A program made the translations under genes and the position numbers. Of a DNA stretch of 64,000 nucleotides, positions 11,560 through 26,384 are shown in pieces (position 1 is the first letter of the stretch; every line of letters starts with the position of its first letter). The DNA is from Eledone cirrhosa (taxonomy: Eukaryota): NCBI GenBank assembly GCA_964016885.1, contig OZ024741.1:86180001-86244000 (forward strand), given 5' to 3'. Under the pieces are notes generated by a model. The model was not told the origin of the DNA, did no database searches, and worked only from the letters and a program-made list of their open reading frames with translations.

Positions 11560-12250
11560 TATGGCTAACCTGGGCAATTTCATCACAAAATTAATCAGCA
11601 AATGCCTCCACATACGATAGTACCAACAACCAATAAGAACCAGGACATAGCGACATCCACAGTCTCAAACACAGAACAGATCAACACCCACAAATACCAA
11701 TGTCTCTTCAGTCACATGCGCATATTGGATCAACAACAAAATACCCAGAATAACACCTTTAACATAATAACTGGAGATGAACCCACACATTCTACCCAGA
11801 CACATTGTAACTGTTAAAACTCTAGCAATTGTCCGTTATTGGATAAATGTTTGTATAAAAGCATCGTTTACCAATGTGTGGTCAAATCGAAACTGGGAAT
11901 ATCTAAATATGTGAGTGCCACTTTGAATGAGATGGTATGTGTGCACCTACATGTTTCGAAACCCCAGTTTAGCTAGATCCATGGCCCTAGCGAAAAAAAT
12001 CTGGAACCTAAAGCGCGCCAACATAGAATATACATTGCAATGGCCAGTGTTGAGATTCACCCGTACATACCAGAATGAAAGACACCCCTGCAAATTATGT
12101 CTGGTGGAGGTGATTGAAATAGCGACTGGAAAGGACCTTCTAAATTACTGGCATGATAGAGTATTTAATTGCAAACATAAAGTTCTAAAACCTTTGCGAA
12201 ATGAAAACTAGATTAGAGCAGGATTTGATCTGTAATTTACATTATATCTA
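11560..12250 (+). mobile_element. Penelope-like element, decayed GIY-YIG endonuclease end
   Basis: HCNC*NSSNCPLLDKCLYKSIVYQC, LAKKIWNLK, CKLCLVE, NCKHK. Confidence 0.75.
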
Positions 12251-13066
12251 TTGTATCTAACCTGTGGCATTTGAACTTTTCACACTGCACCCAAAGAATT
12301 CAATAGTCTTTAAAACCATCTTACCTCCTCAGACACCACCCCCTTCTCTCTTCTATCCTATTCTTAATGTTCACCCTTTCCTTCTCTTTCCATTTTCTCT
12401 CTCCCTTCTCTTCCCTCCTCACCTCTTCTCTCCCTCCTCTACTAGCATTGCCCTCTTGACCATATATGGAGAACACTGAAACCTTCACCCATTCCAATGG
12501 TCAAAGAAAAGTTGTTCCACATCACAGCACATAAAGTGATAGTGCAAAACTCTTCACCCCATCCCTTCTCTTCCTAACTTTCTCTAATTCTCATCCTAAC
12601 TTATTATATTTTATTTTATTTTCATTTTCATTTGTTTTATTCATTCATTCATTTTTCATTTCATTTTACATCAGCTTTTTTCCTGCTTGCAAGGGTGGGA
12701 CGGGAACTGATTTTGGCTTGATTTCTACAGCTGGATGCCCTTCCTAACACCAACCTCATTTACAGTGAGTGCTGGGTGCTTTTTTGCCGTGGCACCTGCA
12801 CGACCACTTTGCAGTGGAATGATATGGACCCCAGTCCCTATCATCTCATTTCTACAGCTGAGTAAACTGGAGCAATGTGAAATAAAGTGTCTTGCTCAAG
12901 GAAACAACACATCACCCGGTCTGAGAATTGAACTCACAACCTTTCGATTGCAAGGCCAATGTTCTAACCACTAAGCCATGTGCCTTATTTTATTTTATTC
13001 TTAAACATAAATACTAATCAGACTCACAGAACTCCTAGGCAGGCTGCCTTCATTGTATATATATAT

Positions 13067-13172
13067 CAAATATATTAGAGAGTTAGGCCCGATGGCTGAG
13101 TCCTTACCATTTCAACAACAAATTGAAATGGCAAGAGCTCAGCCATCAAGCCCCGACTCTCAAATATATTTG
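13067..13172. repeat. Imperfect ~106-bp palindrome (about 49-bp arms)
   Basis: GATGGCTGAG..CCATTTCAA / TTGAAATGG..CTCAGCCATC with CAAATATA / TATATTTG ends. Confidence 0.8.
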
Positions 13173-14404
13173 CACTCTACTGCCAGTTTAAAACCAGTTT
13201 TAAACTTCTAAGACCATTATTCAGCAGAGTACTCAATATGGAGAGTTTTCTATGGCTGGATGCCCTTCCTAACGCCAACCACATTGACAGTGTGGGCTGG
13301 GTGCTTTTTGTTGTGACACCTACATGATCACTTTGCAGTGTGGGCTGGTTGTTTTGTGGTACCAGTATAATATACATATAACTTTGATAGGTTTCGGCCA
13401 GTATTGGCCCAAGCTATGTCTAACTTAATAGCATATATATATATATATATATATATTGGAATTAGGATGTTTGCTCCAACATAACTGTATACATACGTGT
13501 ATGTGAGCCTTGTATATCAAATAATATACAATATGTTTGCGAATAAACATTTGAAAGCCTTGAGCTATGAATTTTTAAGATGATGACTCACGTCATCTAC
13601 CTTGTTCCAGCAGAGGCAAGTAGATGCAACCTACAATGCTGTTCTGGTTATATGTCCATTGTCAAGGTCGTGCACTCCTTCTTTGCCTCCTACTGGAACT
13701 CCAATAAAGCCAAAAACATAATTTTTTTTACTTATGTATATATGCTGATTAACCTCATTTGTGTACGGAGCTTTAGGCCAGCTCAGCTTAGAATTAGGAT
13801 ATTCGCTCCAACATAGCTGTTTACATACCTGTATGTGAGTGTTGTATATCGAATAATATATGATATGTTTACGAATAAACATTTGAAAACTTTTAGCTTT
13901 GAATTTTAAAGGTGATGACTGATGTCATCCACCTTGTTCCAGCAGAAGTAAGGGGAAGCAACCAACAGAGCTTTTTCTGGCTATTTGGCCATTGCTAACT
14001 TCACACACCCCACCTTGCTTCCTACAGGAATTCAAATAAGCCGAAAACATATAGTATATAACATATATATATAAATATATATATGTATATGTAAATATAT
14101 ATATATATATATACATACACATACACACACACATATATATATATACACATATATCTTGGACCATACTAGATCAAAAAACCCATCCCACCCATTCAGTATA
14201 CACACACACATATATGCACAAGTGCGTACACAGGGATATGAGTATATGTGTGTGTGTACATATATGCATGCATGTTTGTGTGTGCATATTCATGTGTGCA
14301 TGCATGCGCAGACACACGCACTTCAATCACCAACTATATGTCTGCACTCCCCCCCCCCCCCACTTCTTCATATATACACATTTATATATATATATATATA
14401 TGGT

Positions 14405-15372
14405 ACTTATAGCAGAATCACTAGAGGAGCTAAAGAATAAATTCCGGTTGTGGACAGCAATTGGAATCAAGGGGATTGAGAGTGAACCTAGCAAAGACTA
14501 AAGTATTGATAAGTAGGAAAGAGGACAAGACTCTGATTCCATCAGGGAAATGGCTATGCTTGATATGTAGAAAAGGAGTTGGCATAAACTCTATAGAATG
14601 TACATAATGCAGATCTTGGGTACACAAGAGGTGTAGTGGAATAGCAGGAAAACTTCATATGTAGTACTACATATCTACTTATATATTCAGGGAAAATTGA
14701 TAGGAGTGTCAGTGATAGGCACACTTTTCAAATGCAGGTAGGATCTGTAGAGGTGGTTGATAGCTTCCGATATCTAAGTGATCAAATTAGCAAGGGAGGA
14801 GGATACTCTGAGACCATAGTATCTAGAAGAAGGACAGGATGGTAGAAGTTTAGGGAGCTGCTTCTTCTGTTGACAAAGAAGGGTTTCTCCCTACAAACGA
14901 AAGGTCGGTAGCATGATGCCTGTGTGAGATGCGCGATGCTGCATGGTAGTGAGATATGGGCAACAACTGTTGGGGATATGTGAAGGCTGGAGAGAAATGA
15001 AGCAAGCATGCTCCAATGGATGTGTAATGTCAATATGCATGAACGACCAACCATGGATGAGTTGAGAGTGAAACTGTGTATAAGAGGAATACACTGTAGT
15101 GTGCAGGAGAGAAGACAGCATTGGTATGGCTATGTGATGCACATGGAAGACGACTGGTGGGTGAAGAAGTGCCAAGTAATCCCAGTGGAAAGAAGACGCA
15201 GTAGAGGAAGACCATGAAAAACATGGGCGGAGGTGGTGAGAGCTGACCTCAGATCACTGAAGCTCACAGAGGAGACGACGAAGGAACATGACAAATGGAG
15301 AGATGCTGTGCTGAAGAGAACCTGTCCCACTCTTGCGGGCAAGGAAAAGTGGACATAAAATCATGATGATGA
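14405..15372 (+). mobile_element. 5'-truncated decayed RTE LINE (PHD region to (GAT)n tail)
   Basis: LIAESLEEL, GKWLCLICRKGVG, MLHGSEIW, tail TGATGATGAT. Confidence 0.88.
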
Positions 15373-15376
15373 TATA

Positions 15377-15454
15377 CAGGATGTCCCAAATAAATGTATA
15401 CACACTTCAACAGCATTCTAATAAAAGTGAGTATACATTTTTGGGGACACCCTG
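15377..15454. mobile_element. 78-bp Tc1/mariner-type MITE
   Basis: TIRs CAGGATGTCCCAAATAAATGTATACACACTT / AAGTGAGTATACATTTTTGGGGACACCCTG, TA on both sides. Confidence 0.85.
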
Positions 15455-16178
15455 TATATATCTCTATATATATATACATACTACTAAATTTACAAAATCA
15501 CACTACCACAAGATGCTTTGCACATGTATAGCATTGTAACAGCATGCTACACACTATCTTACTCAATGGTAACTGAAATAAATTCAGAAAACAGTGAACT
15601 CTCATTCAGCTTTAGTAGTGTGATGGCAATAATTGAACAAATTAATTATGTTTATCAATACAATTAATACAACTAACAACCAATCAATAATCAAATCAAT
15701 TAATAAGAATATCAAAAATATTGATATATACCCAAACCAATATCAGTTTCACCAATGCCAAACTATTTGTATCAGTTACATAAAAAAGGAATATTCCTGT
15801 AGTCAGTTGCATAACAATCAGGAATTGGCATATGGATCTTCAGTGAGTATTGTCCAGTAAATAACACAGGGTAAAAAAAAAAATTTTTTTAACTCTTTAG
15901 CATTTACATTACTCTATATTTACTATTGTATTTTCATGGTAAAGGCTTTACCTCACATAATATCAAATCTATGAGATTTTGATATTATAAATTTTGAGAA
16001 CAATACCTTAACATCAGTATGCGTAGTAAGTTATGGCTGGTTTGAACAGAGAGAGGTGAGAGAATTCTGGCCAGATATGGCCAGTTTAAAGGGTTAAGGC
16101 ACTCGCTATGCTGGTTGTAACCAGCTCTGATTCGGTGTATCTGCCAGCAGCCTGAAAACAGATGTACCCCTGCTGTGT

Positions 16179-17250
16179 CATCATCATCATCATCATCATC
16201 ATTGTTTAACATCTGCTTTCCCTGTTAGCAAGAGTTGGATGGGTCTATATAGACCAAGTCAGTACTGAAGCGGTGGCCACTGATCTCCCAGACAGGGATC
16301 TGTCATCTTGCCTATGTATGTTCATGCACAGGGGAGTTTGTCATGTCTTTGACACAACTGAAGGGTCCTTCTGACCCTTTGTTTATTAAGTTCTCAATGG
16401 TTGGATGCCCTTCCTATCATCAACCACTTTACAGCGTGTGCTGGGTGCATTTATCATGTAGATTACCAAACACTAGGGAGGCTGTCATACCTTGGTGTGA
16501 CTGAAGGATCCTCTCAACCCTTTGTTGGACAGACCCTCCATATCATCAACCTCTTCACAAGGGACAGCAGCTAGGAGCGTGTGTAGGCAGGGGGCATGAG
16601 GTGTGTGCAAGGATGGTTGTAGTGGGTAGTGGTGTTGTGGATATTTGTTGGTGAGCAGTGGTGGAAGAGGGGAAGGGCAGGCCAAATTATATGTTGCAGG
16701 TTGGGTATTCTTTAGCACCACATAGTAATTTCTGTTGTGATGTTTAGTTTTTTCCAGGTCAACCTTCATAACCTCATTCCATGTTTTCCTGCATCCACCT
16801 CGTCCACAAGTCCTAACAACTGGGGTTTCTCTGCATTTCTTTATGCAGTTGTTATCTTCCATGCACATGGCATGTCCATACCAACACACTGTTCTCTCTT
16901 GCACACTACATCCAATTCCTCTTATGCAGGAGGACCCCAATTAAGAAGTCAAAGATACCATCCAAGCAAAGAAGGAAGCTTACAAAGTTTGGCCTGGAAA
17001 TAAGTCCCCCTTGAATTTGCAGTACACTCAAGCACAAAAATTTTGCAGCAGAGACAGTGAAGGCATCCAAAATTACTCATATATATTTATATATTTATGT
17101 CATCATTATTTTTATGTCTACTTTTCCATGCTTGCATGGGTTGGACGGGTCCTTCTCTCCAGACATTGCTATTTTTGTCCTCGCCTCTGTGACCTTTAGT
17201 GATTTGAAGTCAGCTCTCACTATTTCTGCCCATGTCTTTCTTGGTCTACC
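16179..17250 (-). mobile_element. Two decayed RTE 3' fragments (about 16179-16930 and 17100-17250)
   Basis: IRGIGCSVQER..WYGHAM, RKTWNEV; (CAT)n tails on the plus strand. Confidence 0.8.
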
Positions 17251-18890
17251 TCAAATTTCTCTTAAACCCAGCCTCTCCGTCAACCATCCAAGCTCTACCT
17301 CTCTCTGACACTTACATTGCACATCCAAGAATTGCCCGATAAACGCTACACTCACTTTCTGCAACTCGACATAGAAGACTACTACGCTTCTATCTCAGAG
17401 ACTTTACTGAAAGATGCATTACTTTTGCCAGGAATTTTACCACCATAACCGACGCTGAGCAGGGTGTGATCCTCCACGCTCGCAAGACCTTTCTACTCCA
17501 CGAGGGATCTTACTGGATTAACAAGAAGTCTGAGATCTCCTTTGACGTCAGCATGGGGGCAAGTGACTCGGCTGAAGTTAGCGACCTCGTGGGCCTGTAC
17601 ATCTTATACCACCTGAAGAACCTCTTCACGGGCCTAACCGGAGGATTATACCAAGATGATGGCCTTTTCGCCTTGCACAAAGTAAACCCCAGAACCACTG
17701 ATGGATTTCGGAGAAACTTAAACTCGTTCTTCCATAATCTAGGATTTAGAATAAACATAGAATCAAATATGACTAGGACCAACTTTTTAGATGTCACTCT
17801 TAACTTAGATACTTACCTCTATTACCCGTACCCCAAACCTAACGAGCCCCTCAGTTATATAAATGTTAATTCGAACCACCTCAAAAACATCACAGATAAC
17901 TTAGTTAAAAGCATCTCACTCAGAATTTCCGGTCTCTCGGCCAATGAAGATATCTTTAGCACCTCTGCCCCTTACTACAACGATGCCCTCACCTGCAGTG
18001 GCTTTAAAGAAAAGATTACTTATCTAGATACCACCACCCCCAAGACTACCTAGGAGAAATAGGCATAGGCAGATTAGTTGGTACAACTCCCCCCCCCCCT
18101 TCAATAGAGAGGTTTCTACACCTATAGCTAGGACTTTCTTCAAATTGTTGAATATACACTTCCCCACACAACATAGGTACTACACTATCTTTAATAAGAA
18201 TACAATAAGACTCTCCTACTCCACTACACCTAACCTAGCTAGGAATATAGCCAATCTCAACACTACAAAATTAAATAAGCCTACTACCTCCGAACCCCAT
18301 CTTTGGATGGGAGCTTTATGCAACTGCCAAAATAAGGAAGCCTGCCCACTTGAAAACAAATGCCTGACAAATGACATCGTATATAAATGTGATGTCATTT
18401 CAGGCACTGGTGACAACTACAAAAAGACTGATATCGGAATGACTTCCAACAATTTTAAGACCCGGTGGTATGCCCATACCCACTCTTTCAGAAGACTGGA
18501 CAAATCTAATCAGACAACACTCGCCTCCTATGTCTGGGACCCCAAGAGGAACTCCATCCCTTTCACGCTCATACATGGGGGGACAAGTGCTGTGACCTTT
18601 GTATTTCAGAGAGCTATGAAATACTATTTCCCAAGGCCCTGACCCTGAACAAACTTTCTGAACACTCCCCGAATTGCATGCACAAAAAATTTGCAGCTTT
18701 CAAATATCTTAAGCCAGTGTTGAAGCCAGATGGATGAAAAAATTTTTTTTAAAACTCCACTCAACAAAATATCCCCTCCACCTCCATCTCACCGTACCCC
18801 TATCTCGACCCGCCTCACGGTACTATGGTTATGTAAGTACTTATTACCTTTCTGCTTTTTCCACATGTATAATATACTTGAATTGTGTGT
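17250..18890 (+). mobile_element. Penelope-like retroelement (RT + GIY-YIG), probably Naiad-type, 5'-truncated and frameshifted
   Basis: FDVSMGASDSAEVSDLVGLY, GLYQDDGL, NFLDVTL; CNCQNKEACPLENKCL..IVYKC, IGMT..FKTRW..H, CDLC. Confidence 0.9.
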
Positions 18891-19050
18891 GTATATATAT
18901 GTGTGTGTGTGTGTGTATGTGAATATATATGTATGTATATCTATGTGTGTATGTATGTATATATGTATGTATATATGTATATATATATATGTGTGTGTGT
19001 ATGTGTATATGGTAGTAATAATAATAAATGTGAAGACTAAAATCTGAATA

Positions 19051-20799
19051 ATCATCATCATCATCATCATTTAATGTCTATCTTCCACGCTAGCATGGGT
19101 TAGGCGGGAGTTGTCCCAATTTGAGGCAAGGTTGGTCGGGCGACCATGTCTCGCTCATATAGGACTATCTGGCAGGTTTTCTACGGCTGGATGCCCTTCC
19201 TAACACCAACCACATTTACGGTGTGGACTGGGAACTTTAAACTGTGTTACCTACATGGCCACATTATAGCATGGACTGTGTGTTTTTTTGTTGTGACACC
19301 TACACAATCTCGATTTTGATCTCATTATCCCATTAATTTGGACTGGGTGTTGTGGTACCAACTTTACAGAGAAAGGGTGGTGTTGGTAGGAGTGGGAGGA
19401 TGGAGTAGGGGTAGTGGATTGGGGTGTATATTTGGTTAAGAGGTGCCTACTGACTGTAGGTTTCGCTTTGTACATTGGCAAGGTGGGTCTTCTGTATTAC
19501 TGCGTAGCGCCAAAGATCTCGATCCAGTAACATTGTCTTAGAGAGGTGCAAGGTTGGAATTTATCAAATCGTCCCAGGTTTTTTGGGTCTACCTACTCCG
19601 TAACTTCCATCAATTTTTATCACCCTGCACTTTTTTATACAGCTGTCGTCTTTCATGCGCATCATGTGACCATACCAACGTAGTCTTCTCGCAAGTAAAC
19701 AGCATCTGATCCCTCTTATTCCTAATTTCTCATTTAGTTCATTTATGTTTTGCCGTTCATGTATATTACTATTACACATCCAACAGAGCATGCATGCTTC
19801 GTTCCTTTCCAGTCTGTGCAGGTCCTCTACATACAATACCCATGTCTCACTGCCATTTAGCATTGCTGTTCATATACAGGCATCATACAATCTGCCTTTC
19901 ATTTTTAGAGAGAAACCTTTTGTGGCCAACACCAGTTTAAGCTCTCTGAACTTTTTCCATCCCGTTCTGACTCTAGCTTTCAGAACACCCTCCACTACTG
20001 CTTATTTTGTCACCCAGGTAACGGAAAGTGTCCACTATTTCTATAGGAACCATCTGGGCAATAGAAGGAGCTAGTATCCTGTGGGCTCTTGCAATTTATT
20101 GCACCTGAGCATCGGGCACATATAAAATCTATATTCTTAGTTAGCTTACCTGTGATACCACTACATCTTTTATGTACCCATAGTTTGCTTTTGGGACATA
20201 AAATGGAATTTCTACCTACTCCTTTCCTACACACTAAGCATGGCCATTTCCCAGAGGGCACCTGTGCCCTATTTTCCTTTCTACATACTAGAACTTTAGT
20301 CTTAGACAAGTTAACTTTAAGGCCTTTTGATTCTAGGCCATGCTTCCATGTTTGGAATTTCTTCTCTAGTTCAGCCATAGATTCAGCTATGAGAGTTAGA
20401 TCATCCTCATATAGAAGTTCTCATGGGCAGCCGGTCTTAAACTCCTCTGTTATAGCCTGAAGGGCAATAATAAATAGGAGAGGGCTAAGGACAGAGCCTT
20501 GATGAACACCAACTTTTACGCTAAACTCTTCACTATATTCATTGTTAATTCTAACCTTACTGACTGTTTCTTTATACATGGCTTGTATGGCTCTCACAAG
20601 CCATTCATCTACACCTAGTTTTCTAAGAGCCCACCAGATAATGGAGCGGGGGGACTCTGTCAAAGGCTTTCTCCAGGTCAACAAAAGCTAAGTAGAGGGG
20701 TTTACCTTTAGCTAGGTGCTTCTCCTGTAGTTGTCGTACAAGGAAAAGAGTGTCTGTGGTACTTTTACCTGACACAAACCCAAACTGCATTTCATCTAG
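19051..20799 (-). mobile_element. 5'-truncated RTE copy of the intact family
   Basis: Peptides close to those of 9340-10698, including the PHD region; (GAT)n tail. Confidence 0.95.
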
Positions 20800-20843
20800 A
20801 TATGATAAAAATATATATATACATGTGTGTATATGTGTATGTA

Positions 20844-20944
<101 letters not shown>

Positions 20945-21076
20945 ATATGTATGTATATGTATATATATATATATATATGTGTATATAGGTATATGTGTAT
21001 GTATGTATGTTTGAATATATGTATATATTGTACGTGTGTGTATATTTATAAGTATGTATCTGTGCATATATGTGTG

Positions 21077-21118
<42 letters not shown>

Positions 21119-21139
21119 TGTATATGTATATGTAAATAT

Positions 21140-21892
21140 ATCATCATCATCATCGTTTAACGTCCATCTTCCACGCTTGCATGTGTTTGGACGGGAGTTT
21201 TCCCACTTGAGGCAAGAGTGGTTGTCTTGCTCGCATAGGACTGTCTGGCGGGTTTTCTACGGCTGGATGCCCTTCCTAACACCAACCACGTTTACAGTGT
21301 GGACTGGGAGGTTTTTACCGTGTTACCTACACAGCCACATTACAGCGTGGACTGTGTGTTTTTTTGTCATGACACCTACATGACCTCATTTGTTTCGGAC
21401 TGGATGTTGTGGTAGCAACATAACTTTACATTTGAAGGGGTGGTGTCGGCGTAGTGGGACGGGGGTGTATTTTGTTAGAGGTGCCTACTGACTGTAGTAG
21501 GTTTCACTTTGTACTTAGTAAGGCGGGTCTTCTGTATTACTGTGTAGCGCCAAAGATCTCGGTCCAGTGACATTGTCTTGGAGAGGTGTAAGTGTGGGAG
21601 GTTGGAATTTATCAAGTCGTCCCAGGTTTTTCTGGGTCTGCCTACTCCGTGGCTACCGTCTATTTTTATTGCTCTGCACTTTTTTATACAGCTGTCGTCT
21701 TTCATGCGCATCACGTGACCATACTAACGTAGTCTTCTCTCGAGTAAACAACATCTGATCCCTCTTATTTCTAATTTTTCCCTTAGTTTGTTTATGCTTT
21801 TCCGTTCACATGTATTACTATTACACATCCAGTGGAGCATACAAGCTTCGTTCCTCTCCAGTCTGCGTATATCCTCTGCACACAATGCCCAC

Positions 21893-21895
<3 letters not shown>
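21140..21895 (-). mobile_element. RTE 3' fragment of the intact family
   Basis: WALCAEDIRRLERNEACML..; 3' UTR and tail match 10700-11047. Confidence 0.95.
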
Positions 21896-21961
<66 letters not shown>

Positions 21962-22350
21962 CTCACACTTTCACTCACTCACTGTTTCTCTCTCTTCTCT
22001 TCATTTCATCCTGTACACCACGAGAGCTATTTTTCTCTCTCCGCTCATAGCCTTCGCTCGTGTATTGTCTGTTCTAAAAGCGCTCATATATTCACCTAGC
22101 TTATGCTAAACAGAATAATTTTTGAAGCTTGTTTCTTTCCCCTGGTTAGCCTTACCCTGTTGTTCTCCTGTCTCACTCGCTTTACGCGTTTTAATTGTCC
22201 TAATAACTTATTTTGGTTATTATTGCACCGAAGTGAGGTATATGATTTTTAATGCAATGAAATATCTATGATCTTCGGCAAATCACTGATGAGGGACTCA
22301 TTTTATTACATGTTATCCATGTGCTACCTGCAGTATTTTTCTCTATATTT

Positions 22351-22500
<150 letters not shown>

Positions 22501-22503
22501 ATG

Positions 22504-22537
<34 letters not shown>

Positions 22538-22540
<3 letters not shown>

Positions 22541-23125
22541 TGGTAACATGTATCCCAGTACAACCTGTCTCATGGTCGGGTCGTTGGCGACCAAACTGGC
22601 AGCCCCACCAAGGTTTCTTGGTGAGGAGGGTGACTTTGGACATCCTACAGGACTAAAAACAAAACCTGTCAAAGGGCAAAGGAGCTCTTAAGAGTCAATG
22701 GCCATCCAAAATCACCGGGAGAGATGACCCCTTAGCCTTTGTCAAGGCAGAATTTTAGGAGAAGGAAAACTCTGATATAACACCTGCAACCCTGATGGTA
22801 TCCAATGATGTTGACTTGTTCTTCTTTTTGGTAAATATCATCTTGTTTAAGAGAGTGGGACTGGCTTTGTGCAGTGCCTTTGCTCACTATAAAAGCTTCA
22901 CGGCACAGGCATTGCTTTATATCTGGAGATCTCTCTGCACTTGTCGTCACATGGTACCATGGGTCCAGCACTATGTGTCAATAATTGTCACAAGTGTAGT
23001 GTTTGTACCAGAGTTTTCAAGTCGTTGGCTGGACTAAAAAGTCACACTCGTTCAGTGTATCGGTAGGGGTTCTCCTACATGGATATAAAGTAGTGGCCGT
23101 GCTCGAAAACGAGTTGGCAGCCACC

Positions 23126-23126
<1 letters not shown>
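22538..23126 (+). mobile_element. Short non-autonomous RTE-derived element (5' UTR joined to C2H2 3' end), copy 1, inside (TA)n
   Basis: Highly similar to the inverted copy at 24499-25098; ends with CSVCTRVFKSLAGLKSH. Confidence 0.75.
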
Positions 23127-23156
<30 letters not shown>

Positions 23157-23477
23157 GAAGTTATATTTAATTTGTTGGAATTCCGACAAACATAAATGTT
23201 TATAACTGATATAGAGCACTCAACAAGTTACTGGAGTAAATATTCCAAGATATTAATAAATGGAAACTATATTTATAAAACCATATTTATTTTATTATAC
23301 ACAGTTCAAGAGTAACCAATCTTAAAGAGAGAGATGGAGATAGGCGAAGAGATATGAGAGGAGAGATTGCTGAATTAGTTAGAAGCCAAAGCGTAAAGGC
23401 ATCTGCTCAATGTGCAATATGCAGTAGAAAGCAGCTAGGTGGCTAGGTTCATGCAGAAGTTAGGTGCGCAGAGCTGG

Positions 23478-23577
23478 AAATATTCATTAGTTAAGCAAAA
23501 CAAGACCACAAATTTCACAAGGAAGACATTATTAAAAGATTGTCAACATATTTTAGTTTGATGTAAGGAATGTAGAG

Positions 23578-23616
<39 letters not shown>

Positions 23617-23716
23617 CTCTACATTCCTTACATCAAACTAAAATATGTTGACAATCTTTTAATAATGTCTTCCTTGTGAAATTTGTGGTCTTGTTTTGCT
23701 TAACTAATGAATATTT
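23478..23716. repeat. Near-perfect ~239-bp palindrome centred on (AAT)n/(ATT)n
   Basis: Left arm AAATATTCATTAGTTAAGC..GTAGAGAAT is the reverse complement of the right arm. Confidence 0.92.
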
Positions 23717-23780
23717 ATTTTATTATATATATTTCAAGGGCGACCAAGCCAATCTTGGTGCGCTTTCATCAGATAAAATA
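23716..23780 (-). ncRNA. Hammerhead ribozyme motif (left arm of fold-back)
   Basis: Reverse complement of 23899-23963. Confidence 0.7.
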
Positions 23781-23898
23781 CAAATAACGACATACCCATG
23801 GAAATCAACCTTAACGGTTGGAAATTTGCTGGATAGCAAATTTCTGACCGTTAAGGTTGATTTCCATGGGTATGTCGTTATTTATAAAACAAATTTTG

Positions 23899-23963
23899 TA
23901 TTTTATCTGATGAAAGCGCACCAAGATTGGCTTGGTCGCCCTTGAAATATATATAATAAAATA
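23899..23963 (+). ncRNA. Minimal type-I hammerhead ribozyme motif with intact core
   Basis: TATTTTAT-CTGATGA-AAGCGCACCAAG-ATTGG-CTTGGTCGCCCTT-GAAA-TATATA-TA-ATAAAATA (8-bp stem I). Confidence 0.72.
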
Positions 23964-24296
23964 AATATGGTTTTATAAATATAGTTTACAATTATTAATA
24001 TCTTGGTATATATATATATAAGTATGTGTTTTTGTGAGTGTGTGGGAGTGGGGACTTTATTTGTGTGTGTGTGTGAATGTGCTTGTAGACACCTGACCAA
24101 AAACCTTAAAAATCAGGAGTGGCACCCCAGACTGAACCTGTCTGTAGAATTCTTTCTGCCTTTGTCATTCTAAATATAGTTTTTAAAGAATTCCCTTTTC
24201 TTTAAACCCATCAACCAATTACCTCCACCCATCCCAATCACCACCCTCTCCTACCAACAGAAAAGATATAAATACCACCATATTTCATAGACAGCT

Positions 24297-24345
24297 GCTT
24301 CCTGATGATTTCTCCGGAATGAAACAGTTCTAGTCCTGTAGAAGC
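24297..24345 (+). ncRNA. Type-I hammerhead ribozyme motif (GUA site)
   Basis: GCTTC-CTGATGA-T-TTC-TCCG-GAA-T-GAAA-CAG-TTCTAGTC-CTG-TA-GAAGC. Confidence 0.72.
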
Positions 24346-24367
24346 CTTTCTATATTAAATATATACC

Positions 24368-25098
<731 letters not shown>

Positions 25099-25566
25099 AT
25101 ACATATATATATACATACATACATACACATATACATATACACACATACATACATATATATATATACATATATACATACATATATATATATACACACATAC
25201 ATACATATACACATATACATACATACATATATACATATATACATATACACATACATATACATACATACATACACATATACATATACACACATATATATAT
25301 ATACATACATATACATACACATATACACATACATACACATACATATACATACATACATAAACACATATACATACATATACATACATATATACATACATAC
25401 ACATATATATATACATATACACATATACATACATATACATACATACATACACATACATATATATACATACATATACATACATACATATACATACATACAT
25501 ATACATACATATATGTATATATATATATATATATACATACATACATATATGCATATATATATCATC

Positions 25567-25640
<74 letters not shown>

Positions 25641-25999
25641 GAGGTTTACATATACATAAACTAGACAGAGCCATAGATATATATATATATTGTTGATTAT
25701 TTAATTAATTAATTCATCATTGAGCCACTCTGTGAATGGTTGGCAAAAACATATATATATATATATATATGGCTCTGTCTAGTTTATGTATATGTAAACC
25801 TTTATATTTTATATACTCCCGTAAGGTTGAGTAAAACTTTAGGCAGTATTCGGCTGCGCTTTCTAGAAACCAGCCTACTCGCCATCAGGCACCAATCATA
25901 AGCTTTCTGACTTGACCACTGGCCACGTGACAATTCTTAGCCATTTTGAATTCGTTTCTGGCGGGGATCATTTAAGAAAAATCTTTGTCCAATTGAGTT

Positions 26000-26084
26000 T
26001 GTTTCCTGATGATTTCGAAACTTGTTGATTTATCAATGATCGGATATTTCCAAAAAGCGAATGAAACCTCCAGGGGTAGAAACA
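26000..26084 (+). ncRNA. Type-I hammerhead ribozyme motif with long loop 2 (GUA site)
   Basis: TGTTTC-CTGATGA-T-TTCG-(40 nt)-CGAA-T-GAAA-CCTC-CA-GGGG-TA-GAAACA. Confidence 0.68.
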
Positions 26085-26384
26085 TGATTTGGGTTGTTTA
26101 TGTACATTTTTTTTTTCTAACTTTGATTTTCTACCTAATTGTGTATGGTTAGCTATATGTCTAGTCAATTTCTACGGGCTATTAGAAATACTAGGTAAAT
26201 CTTCTGTGGCTGTGGATCGCAGATAAAATAGCTATCATTTATTTATCCATTCATAGGTACATTTTAAACTTATAGCCTCGTTTAATTGATTTTTTTATGT
26301 GGTTGATTTTGCTGATTGGGAGAAGAAATACTGTATATATTTTATCAAATGATTCTATGGACTTACTTTTTTATATATATATAT

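Noticed and set aside
13381-13410. GGCCA-ATAC-TGGCC-GAAA half hammerhead (minus)
   Set aside because: CUGANGA half is missing
17466-18720. Selenocysteine recoding as reported for some Naiad elements
   Set aside because: Conserved Cys positions use TGY codons; no in-frame TGA at Cys and no SECIS recognised
22285-22330. CTGATGAGGGAC motif
   Set aside because: No downstream stem II partner or GAAA
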